Below the pieces are notes generated by a model. It ran no database searches. It was given only the letters and a program-made list of their open reading frames with translations, and was not told the origin of the DNA. Shown here piece by piece: positions 58,101-64,000 of a DNA stretch of 64,000 bases; the first letter of the stretch is position 1, and each line of letters begins with the position of its first letter. Both the position numbers and the translations under genes were made by a program. The stretch spans positions 5,660 through 69,659 of the forward strand of contig SKQU01000127.1 of assembly GCA_007118855.1 (NCBI GenBank), read 5' to 3'. Source of the stretch: Spirochaetaceae bacterium. Lineage in GTDB: Bacteria > Spirochaetota > Spirochaetia > DSM-27196 > SLST01.

Positions 58101-58220
58101 GATACAGCTCGCGCCCATGCAGACACGAAACCGGTGTTCGCACCGGGCCGCGTGCCTGGAACGCTCATCCCGCAGGCTGTGGAGGTCGGCCTGTGTGTTG
58201 ATTCGTCGGTTCGCGCTCAT
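55095..58220 (-). CDS. hydB: HydB-like NuoF-type flavoprotein fused to a GltD/NfnB-like FAD/NAD(P)H oxidoreductase module
   Basis: 1041 aa. N-terminal Trx-like 2Fe-2S (CMGASC...GCMGPC). NuoF motifs GRGGAGFPTWMKW, ICNADEGDPGAF, ESCGKCVPCRVG. Then a GltD-type Fe-S segment (CQSACPAG...CARVCFHTCEDHC), FAD fold IAIVGAGPAGLSCAY and a second Rossmann VVVGGGNAAIDAAR. ATGA overlap with hydC and an 8-nt overlap with hydA. Confidence 0.85.
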   Translation of the reverse strand: MSANRRINTQADLHSLRDERSRHAARCEHRFRVCMGASCIASGADEVLERLRARLAERNGTVELVGTGCMGPCSRGPVVTVLPSGRSYTHVEPQDIDRIIEEALSGKERDAVDDVQTFLDAQTRTVLARCGTVDPGSIDDAISHEAYAALAEALKLDPDAIIERMRESGLRGRGGAGFPTWMKWRFTRDAQSEDGAKYVICNADEGDPGAFMDRSILEGDPHSLIEGMTIAARAIGAVRGFVYVRAEYPLAIERLEVALGQAREYGLLGEDILGSGFSFDLEIRKGSGAFVCGEETALMNSIEGKRGEPRPRPPFPAQKGLWGRPSVLNNVETYANVAAIMTRGGQWRAIGTADSPGTKVFALAGAVENTGLVEVPIGTTLGELIYDIGGGVRGGRAFKAAQIGGPSGGCVPREHLNIPLDYESLQELGAIMGSGGLIVMDDETCMVDVARYFLEFVQEESCGKCVPCRVGTRRMLEILDRITSGHGRPDDIDRLIELGERIKDTSLCGLGQTAPNPVLSTIRHFRHEYEAHIREKHCEAGVCPGLVRAPCQSACPAGVDVPGFVSLIAERRYAEALQVHRERNPFAAVCARVCFHTCEDHCRRSSLDEPVAIRAVKRFMVDQEVVIQTPEVRESPENEKRKIAIVGAGPAGLSCAYFLARLGYRPTVFEAESRPGGMLVQTIPAYRLPRETLAREIRMIEQLGVEIRTGTALGRDFTLGSLQDDGYDTVFLGVGAPGCQAMGVPGEDADGVVLAGDYLRQYNIRGSVPVGKNTVVVGGGNAAIDAARTALRLGAETVTVIYRRTREQMPAYAEEIEEALHEGVELRDLTQPLRVNVDEEGKARTITCARMTLGEFDRSGRRRPQRSEHDEFELPADQVIVAIGQTLDLTPLVQPDLALGSELEMTPDGFIGIHPLTGQTSVPWIFAGGDAASGPASVVTAIAAGERAAVGIDLYLTGESHAFWRKAETIDTAFDSEADPAPYPREPYQTIEVGRRRHNFDEVEQSWCEAVALRQAKRCLRCDYGKPAAAQVEPVREELRV

Positions 58221-58765
58221 TCGGCAACTCCTTCTGTGACCAGATCCGTCTCGTGCTCCTCGTTCTCCTCCTCGCGGTACGAGGCGAGTAGCTCGCGGAC
58301 TCGAGCGGGTTTCACCCGTTGATGCACGTCGTCGTCGACCATCACAACCGGCGCAAGCCCGCAGGCGCCGAAACAGCGTCCGATCTCGAGCGAGAAGAGG
58401 CGATCCTCAGTCGTCTGACCGACCTCGATTCCGAGCTCATGCCGCAGTGCGGCGAGCACTTCCTGTCCTCCGCGGACATAGCAGGCGGTGCCGAGGCATA
58501 CCCGGATGAGGCGGCGCCCGCGAGGGACGGTCGAGAAGAACGAGTAGAAGGTCACCACCCCCGCAACTTCGCTGAAGGGAATGTCGAGTCGCCTGCTGAT
58601 GTGGCGGATCACCTCGTCCGGCAGGTACCCGAAGAGCTCCTGCGCCCGCTGGAGAGCCGGGATGAGCAGTCCCTTGACATCCTTTCGCTCGTCAATGAAG
58701 CGGTCGAGCTCGGCAAGCTTGACCTGGTCCACCTCTTCGGCACACTGGTTGTTCTGCCGCACCAT
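58217..58765 (-). CDS. hydC: NuoE/HydC-like thioredoxin-fold [2Fe-2S] subunit
   Basis: 182 aa, RBS AAAGGAG. LIPALQRAQELFGYLP, CLGTACYVRG...CFGACGLAPV cysteine pattern. Confidence 0.85.
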   Translation of the reverse strand: MVRQNNQCAEEVDQVKLAELDRFIDERKDVKGLLIPALQRAQELFGYLPDEVIRHISRRLDIPFSEVAGVVTFYSFFSTVPRGRRLIRVCLGTACYVRGGQEVLAALRHELGIEVGQTTEDRLFSLEIGRCFGACGLAPVVMVDDDVHQRVKPARVRELLASYREEENEEHETDLVTEGVAE

Positions 58766-58832
58766 ATGGGTCTCCTTTCTTCTCGTATCTCATCGGAACC
58801 GAAGCTCCGCGCTCAACAGAAAGAAGAGGACT

Positions 58833-58895
58833 GTCGGTAATCTATTATCGATATAACCGAATCGATATCCTCAAATCGATACTACATGAACGATA
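58833..58895. promoter_or_regulatory. Array of 14-bp-phased ATCGATA repeats upstream of the hydrogenase operon
   Basis: GTCGGTA 58833, ATCGATA 58847, ATCGATA 58861, ATCGATA 58875, AACGATA 58889, giving an exact 14-bp spacing. It lies in an AT-rich 138-bp gap, 68-130 nt upstream of the hydC start on the minus strand. Confidence 0.5.
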
Positions 58896-58903
58896 AGAGA
58901 ATG

Positions 58904-60082
58904 TCAAATGGTATCCGGCCTCTGTCCTGCGGCGAAGTACGCCTCGATCTCGCCCGCCAGCGGTGGTACGCGTCGCAGCCCGTTGTCCGTCCGCAGTGAG
59001 TCCGTTGCCATCACGCCGGCGGCAACCGCGTACCGTGCGGCGACCGGCGAGGTATTGGGAGGCGTCCCGTTGCGGAGAAAGTCCACGAAACTCCGGACGA
59101 TCGCCGGGTCCGACCCGCCATGGCTCCCCGATTGGGGGCGCATCGCAATCGTCTCATCGGGCTCGCTCCGGCCGCCGGACCTCGTCGTGTAGAGATGAAC
59201 CGCGCAGCTTCCCGAGTCGCCGAAGTTCTCAATCCGTCCTTCGGTCCCGATGAAGGTGTAGTTGCGCCAGTAATCGGGCGTGTAGTGGCACTGGACGTAC
59301 GAGGCCTGGACGCCGTTGGCCAGCTGCATGAGCACCATGGTGTGGTCTTCAACGTCGATCTGCGGCGAATAGTCGTCGGCGGCCAGCGGCGGCCAGTTCT
59401 TTGAGTCGATCGACACGGACATCGTCTCGCCCGGTTCTCTGCGCCGGGCACGGTTGTAAACGGAGAGCTTGCCCATGGACACGACCGCCTGCGAGTAGCT
59501 TCCCGCGAGCCAGTGGATCACGTCGATGTCATGAGCTCCCTTCTGCAGGAGCAGTCCGGTCGTGTTTTTCCGCTCGGAGTGCCAGTCCTTGAAGTAGGCA
59601 TCGCCTCCAATCCCCACGAAGTGGCGGCACCAGACCGCCTCCAGGCGCCCGATCCTGCCGGAGTCAAGGAGGCGCTTCATCGCGAGGACCGCCGGGAAGT
59701 AGCGCATGTTGTGGCCGAGGTAGAGCCGACTGCCGGTTCGCATCGCGGTCTCAAGGATCCGGTCGGCGCCCTCGATTGTGATCGCAATCGGCTTCTCGAG
59801 GTAGACCGCCTTCCCGGCCTCGAGCGCCGCGGTCGCGTGCGATTCGTGCAGGTGGTCCGGGCTGCAGACGAAGACGCCGTCGAGGTCGTCCCGTTCGACG
59901 AGCTCCCGGTAGTCCGAGGTCACAAAGCGATCGGGCCCGTGCTTCTCCCGGAACCGCTCCAGTGCCTCCGGAACGACGTCCGCGGCCGCGACGAGCCGGC
60001 TTGCCGGGTCGACATCCTCCACACAGGAGGCGAGAGAGCCTCTGCCCCCGGGACCGATCACGCCGAAACGTAATGCTTCCAT
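58904..60082 (-). CDS. Gfo/Idh/MocA-family NAD(P)-dependent oxidoreductase
   Basis: 392 aa. N-terminal Rossmann FGVIGPGGRG, EKP motif (VYLEKPIA), C-terminal alpha/beta dimerisation domain. Confidence 0.85.
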   Translation of the reverse strand: MEALRFGVIGPGGRGSLASCVEDVDPASRLVAAADVVPEALERFREKHGPDRFVTSDYRELVERDDLDGVFVCSPDHLHESHATAALEAGKAVYLEKPIAITIEGADRILETAMRTGSRLYLGHNMRYFPAVLAMKRLLDSGRIGRLEAVWCRHFVGIGGDAYFKDWHSERKNTTGLLLQKGAHDIDVIHWLAGSYSQAVVSMGKLSVYNRARRREPGETMSVSIDSKNWPPLAADDYSPQIDVEDHTMVLMQLANGVQASYVQCHYTPDYWRNYTFIGTEGRIENFGDSGSCAVHLYTTRSGGRSEPDETIAMRPQSGSHGGSDPAIVRSFVDFLRNGTPPNTSPVAARYAVAAGVMATDSLRTDNGLRRVPPLAGEIEAYFAAGQRPDTI

Positions 60083-60092
60083 TGGCTCCTCT

Positions 60093-60587
60093 CTACACGA
60101 ACTCCCGAATCAGCGTCTGGGACTTGAGCGGTAGCCGCCCGAGGCGCGGGATATCGTAGCGGTTCCCGTCGACGTCCTTGACGATGTATCTTCCGCCGCC
60201 GACCGATCGAACGTTCTTGCGTGGATCGCGAACCTCGAAGGTCCGCGACCCCTTGTCCGTGAAGACGTTCCAGGTGATGACGTTCAGGTCGTCGGTGACT
60301 GAGAAGATCTCCTCGATTCGGGGCAGGAAGTACGAGCGGTTGAGCTCTTCGTGCACGATGTGCCTGGAGGTTCCGTCGAGGTCGTCAGTCCGCTCGAGCA
60401 CGGCTATCTCGTCGCCGTTGAGGTCGCGAAGCGAGACGAAGGCGCCCCGGTTCGAGATTGGAAAGACGCTCAGCACGTGTCCGAGCACGATCTGCGTCTC
60501 CCCGATCCGTGCGACCGGATCGCCGTGCTCGTTCCGTGTGATGCGGACATCCGCGGGTTTCAGCATTGCTCCGTATTCGACGCTCAC
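60093..60587 (-). CDS. Small beta-rich protein, DUF1854-like (ABC-transporter-associated)
   Basis: 164 aa. Pattern FPIS...FVSLRD..G.EI..L...D.L....R.IV.EEL..R.F.P.I..I......W.V.TD.G...F......V....GG..IV.D.DG.RY.I resembles my recollection of DUF1854. Starts 23 nt after the ABC gene stop. Confidence 0.45.
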   Translation of the reverse strand: MSVEYGAMLKPADVRITRNEHGDPVARIGETQIVLGHVLSVFPISNRGAFVSLRDLNGDEIAVLERTDDLDGTSRHIVHEELNRSYFLPRIEEIFSVTDDLNVITWNVFTDKGSRTFEVRDPRKNVRSVGGGRYIVKDVDGNRYDIPRLGRLPLKSQTLIREFV

Positions 60588-60610
60588 AGGCGCCTCCCTC
60601 TTCTCACAGC

Positions 60611-62953
60611 TCAGGCGATAAAACCGGCATTGCCGGTTCCGATCATCTCGCGGGCGAAGCCCGCCTGCTTCTCCACGAGATCGGCGTAGATGCCGCCGGC
60701 CGAGAGAAGCTCCTCGTGGGTGCCCGTCTCCACGATCTCGCCTTTCTCCATCACGATGAGCTTGTCGGCGTTGCGGAGCGTCGACAGCCGGTGGGCGATC
60801 GCGATCGTGGTCCGACCCGTCACGAGACGGTCCATCGCCTCCTGGATCGACGCCTCGGTCGCCGAGTCTACCGCCGACGTGGCTTCGTCGAGTATCAGTA
60901 TTGCCGGGTTCTTCAGGATCGCGCGGGCGATCGAGACGCGCTGCTTCTCGCCCCCGGAAAGCGTGATCCCCCGTTCGCCGACTTCGTTGTCGTACGCGTC
61001 CGGGAAACCCATGATGAACTCGTGAGCATTGGCCGCCTTTGCCGCCTCGATGATCTGGCGGTCGGACGTAACGTCGGTCCCGTAGGCGATGTTCTCCTTG
61101 ATCGTCCGCGCGAACAGGAAGGTGTCCTGAAGAACGAGACCGATGTTCTTGCGAAGCGATTGCGTTCGGACGTTCCGGAGATCCTCGCCGTCAATCGTGA
61201 TCGTCCCGGACGTCGGGTCGTAGAACCTGCAGACCAACGAGACGAGCGTGCTCTTTCCTGAGCCGGTCTGCCCGACGACGCCGACCATCTCGCCCGGCTC
61301 GATCGTCAGGTTGACGTTCTTCAGCACCCGCTCGCCCACGTTGTACCCGAAGGAAACGTTTTTCAGTTCGATTCGCCCCTCCGGGCGATCGAGATCGACG
61401 GCCTGATCGTGGTCGGTGAGCTCGGAGGGCATGTTCATGATGTTGAATACGCGCTCGGCCGCGGTGGCGCTCTGCTGGTACACCTCCGTGAGCTGAATCA
61501 GCATCTGGATGGGCGCGTAGAACTGGTTCATGTAGGTGATGAACTGCAGGAGGAGGCCCAGGGTGAGCACACCGACGACCACCTGGTGTCCGCCGTATGC
61601 CCAGACAACGACCGTGCCGATTGACATGACGAAGAGCACGATCGGCTGGAAAAACGAGCGCGTCTGCACGGCCGAGAGGCTCGCGTCGTAGAAGTCCTTG
61701 TTCCGCCCCTCGAAGGTGTCGTACTCGCGTTCTTCCTGCGCGAAGGACTTCACGACACGGACGCCGGTCACGCTTTCGGCGACTGCCGCGGAGAGCGAGG
61801 AGTACTTCCTGCGGACCGATCGGAAGACTCCCTTGAACCTTTTCGAGAAGAAGCGGCCGAGGAAGATCACCAGCGGAATCGGCCCGAGCGCGATGAGCGC
61901 GAGCGTCGTATTCGCGCTGAACAATGCGACGCTGATCCCCACGATCATCAGCACATTGATGATCGCCTGCTGCAGCGCGTTGACGATGAAGCCCTGTACC
62001 ATCTGCGTGTCGCCCAGAACGCGGGCCATGATGCGCCCGGTGAGCTCACTGTCGTAGTAACTGAGCGACAAGCGCTGAAGGGCGCGGTACGCGTCGATCC
62101 GCATCGCTCGCACCACGCTGCTCCCGAGAACCCCCATGATCTTGATGCGGAAGTGCTGGCAGAGCATGCGAAGGAATATGAGCCCGAGAAATGCACCGCT
62201 GATGAGCGCGAGCATCCGAAATCGACCGGCGGCATCGAGGTGCTCGGCCATGATCGCCTCATCGACGAGCAGCCGTACGAAGAAGCCGGGGCCGAGGTTC
62301 GCGATCGTGACGACGATCGACAGGAGCGAGCCGACCACGATCAGCCCGACGTGTGGCTTCAGGTATCGGGTGATATTCGCGATGAAGCCGCGCTTGTTGG
62401 TGCACTTGGGGCAGACGTCGCCCTGGTGGGCGAGCGGGTATCCGCAGGTGTGACACCGGTAGGTCGTGTCCGACTCTCTGACGCCTGAGGTCTTCTCGGT
62501 GGGTTCCTCAGGGCCGCCGGCCTGAGCGTCTGTGCCGTTCGCCGTCAGCCCGATCCTGCGGTTCGTCTCGCGGATGAACTCGTCGACCGCGTCTGATAGC
62601 GTTCGCGTGTATCGCGCGATCTCTATCTTGCGCCGGTCGCTCATTCGCAGCTCGATAACTCCGTTGCCCACGAAGTCGCGATTGAAGATCTCCGCGATGG
62701 TCGAGATCTCCGCATTCGTCGTCACCGCGGTCCCCGAGATCACCACGACACGTTCCCGGCACCGGATGACGTAGCTTCTGCCGAACTCTCCGGTGGGCAG
62801 CATGTCGGAGACGATGATCTCCTCGGTCTCGGCCGGATCAACTCCGGCCGAACGGATAATCTCCTGGTCGCTGGACGGGAGCGTTTCAAATGTCTGACTG
62901 ATATGAAGAGGCTTGTCGTCCTCCGAACCGTCGCGCACAATTCGCCGCAGCAT
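60611..62953 (-). CDS. ABC exporter (fused TMD-NBD, MsbA-like) with about 190-aa N-terminal extension containing a zinc ribbon
   Basis: 780 aa. N-terminal soluble domain plus CHTCGYPLAHQGDVCPKC. Six-TM exporter domain. NBD with Walker A GQTGSGKST, signature LSGGEKQR, Walker B ILILDEATSAVD. Confidence 0.85.
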   Translation of the reverse strand: MLRRIVRDGSEDDKPLHISQTFETLPSSDQEIIRSAGVDPAETEEIIVSDMLPTGEFGRSYVIRCRERVVVISGTAVTTNAEISTIAEIFNRDFVGNGVIELRMSDRRKIEIARYTRTLSDAVDEFIRETNRRIGLTANGTDAQAGGPEEPTEKTSGVRESDTTYRCHTCGYPLAHQGDVCPKCTNKRGFIANITRYLKPHVGLIVVGSLLSIVVTIANLGPGFFVRLLVDEAIMAEHLDAAGRFRMLALISGAFLGLIFLRMLCQHFRIKIMGVLGSSVVRAMRIDAYRALQRLSLSYYDSELTGRIMARVLGDTQMVQGFIVNALQQAIINVLMIVGISVALFSANTTLALIALGPIPLVIFLGRFFSKRFKGVFRSVRRKYSSLSAAVAESVTGVRVVKSFAQEEREYDTFEGRNKDFYDASLSAVQTRSFFQPIVLFVMSIGTVVVWAYGGHQVVVGVLTLGLLLQFITYMNQFYAPIQMLIQLTEVYQQSATAAERVFNIMNMPSELTDHDQAVDLDRPEGRIELKNVSFGYNVGERVLKNVNLTIEPGEMVGVVGQTGSGKSTLVSLVCRFYDPTSGTITIDGEDLRNVRTQSLRKNIGLVLQDTFLFARTIKENIAYGTDVTSDRQIIEAAKAANAHEFIMGFPDAYDNEVGERGITLSGGEKQRVSIARAILKNPAILILDEATSAVDSATEASIQEAMDRLVTGRTTIAIAHRLSTLRNADKLIVMEKGEIVETGTHEELLSAGGIYADLVEKQAGFAREMIGTGNAGFIA

Positions 62954-62970
62954 GGTTCCCCCCTTTCGTG

Positions 62971-63019
62971 CGGTCGTCGGTGCGGTACACCTTGACTATG
63001 GAACTACGATCGACGACCG
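62971..63019 (-). other. 9-bp perfect inverted repeat in the 236-nt leader of the ABC exporter gene
   Basis: CGGTCGTCG (62971-62979) and CGACGACCG (63011-63019), 31 nt apart. On the mRNA the 3' arm ends 17 nt before the start codon, just upstream of the GAAAGGGGGGA RBS. Confidence 0.3.
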
Positions 63020-63189
63020 GGACCCGAGCCTCGCGAGGGGACGGCCGGAACACGAGGAATCGATGGACGCAGGGTATGTGTCGCACAGGACATGAAGAAA
63101 CCTCTTGGCCGCGTGGGCCGGAGTCACGGCGCCTGAACTGACGCCGACTCCTTACCAAAATGCTACATCCTCGAGCGCGAGGCAACCGT

Positions 63190-64000
63190 CTACCAGTCGA
63201 TCAGATTACCGCCGTAGCTCAGACCCGCGCCGAAACCGACCGTCAGGACGCGCTGTCCTCGGGTGAGCAGCCCGCGCTCCTCCATCTCGACCAGGGCAAT
63301 GGGGATAGATGCCGCAGACGTGTTCGCGTAGCGATCCAGGTTGAGATAGAACCTCTCCAGCGGCAGCCCAAGACGCTTCGCAGCCGCTTCGATGATCCGG
63401 GCGTTTGCCTGGTGGGGCACGATCCAGTCGAGCTCGGTTCGTTCGATCCCGGCACGCTCGCACAGCGCCCCGATCGTCTGGACGATCGCGTCGACGGCGA
63501 ACAGGTAGACCTGCTTGCCGTTCATCGTGAGCGTGAGGTCCGTTGCCGAGTGGGTTCCGTCGACAAAGGGCGTTCTCGTGCCGCCGGCGGGCCTGATGAG
63601 TGCCTTCCCTCCACTGCCCTTCGACCTGAGCCACGAATAACAGATCTCGTGACCCGCGTCGCCCTCGGCCGGCTCCACGACCGCCGCGCCGGCACCGTCG
63701 CCGAGCAGGACGCAGGTATTCCGATCGTTCCAGTTGGTGATCTTGGACAGCACCTCGGCTCCGACGACGAGGACGCATCGGGCGCCGCCGGAGACAACCG
63801 CGCTTCGAGCGGACTCGAGCGCGTAGGCGAAGCCCGTACATCCGGCCTGCAGGTCGAACGCCCCCGCATTGGAGCAGCCGAGTCGGTTCTCCATCATGCA
63901 GGCCGTGGATGGAAAGGTCAGGTAGTCCGGAGTCGAGGTGGCACAGATGATGAGGTCTACCGCTTCGGGACCGATGTTCCGTTTCCTGAGTGCCGCCCGG
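63190..64000 (-). CDS. fabH: 3-oxoacyl-ACP synthase III (C-terminal about 270 codons; N-terminus beyond the window)
   Basis: Frame is open to the window edge (…DLIICATSTPDYLTFPSTACMM). Active-site DLQAGCTGFAYAL, HQANARII, GFGAGLSYGG. Confidence 0.9.
   Translation of the reverse strand, partial: RAALRKRNIGPEAVDLIICATSTPDYLTFPSTACMMENRLGCSNAGAFDLQAGCTGFAYALESARSAVVSGGARCVLVVGAEVLSKITNWNDRNTCVLLGDGAGAAVVEPAEGDAGHEICYSWLRSKGSGGKALIRPAGGTRTPFVDGTHSATDLTLTMNGKQVYLFAVDAIVQTIGALCERAGIERTELDWIVPHQANARIIEAAAKRLGLPLERFYLNLDRYANTSAASIPIALVEMEERGLLTRGQRVLTVGFGAGLSYGGNLIDW

Overview
GC-rich (by eye about two-thirds G+C, not computed), tightly packed DNA that looks like chromosomal core from an anaerobic bacterium. 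I call about 56 protein-coding genes. I found no rRNA, tRNA, CRISPR array, transposase, integrase or obvious foreign-composition island.

Gene content in order:
- lolC-lolD-lolE-type lipoprotein-release ABC system
- serS
- mcsA-mcsB-clpC
- CMD/AhpD-like protein, an M23 peptidase and a coiled-coil lipoprotein
- a short-form parE-parC pair
- two tandem cyclase-homology-like proteins
- prfC
- an amino-sugar cluster: NahK-like kinase, divergent from a NagB-LmbE fusion, a ROK regulator and a GAF-HD-GYP protein
- sdhA-sdhB-sucC-sucD operon
- NfeD-NfeD-FloA operon
- Aat-like transferase, rhodanese, HpcH aldolase
- SEC-C protein, membrane MutS-like ATPase and sbcB
- a Ser/Thr kinase / FHA / vWA-FHA / M23 cluster
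- MOSC, redoxin, GNAT, OYE flavoenzyme, short MetE-like protein
- a hydC-hydB-hydA [FeFe]-hydrogenase operon whose HydB is fused to a GltD-like module
- Gfo/Idh/MocA oxidoreductase
- a DUF1854-like protein plus an ABC exporter with a zinc-ribbon N-domain
- the 3' part of fabH

The Lol system, the Borrelia-sized ParE/ParC and the anaerobic metabolism weakly suggest a diderm anaerobe, possibly Spirochaetota. This is inference only.

Most noteworthy observations:
1. The kinase/FHA/vWA/M23 envelope cluster has no phosphatase and no DNA-binding output.
2. A translationally close pair of cyclase-homology proteins shows partly complementary degeneracy.
3. The hydrogenase has a NuoF-GltD fusion subunit and a TSCSP (not TSCCP) H-cluster motif.
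4. An exactly 14-bp-phased ATCGATA repeat array lies upstream of the hydrogenase operon.
5. A membrane MutS-like ATPase is coupled to exonuclease I.

All calls rest on by-eye motif recognition. No searches were run.
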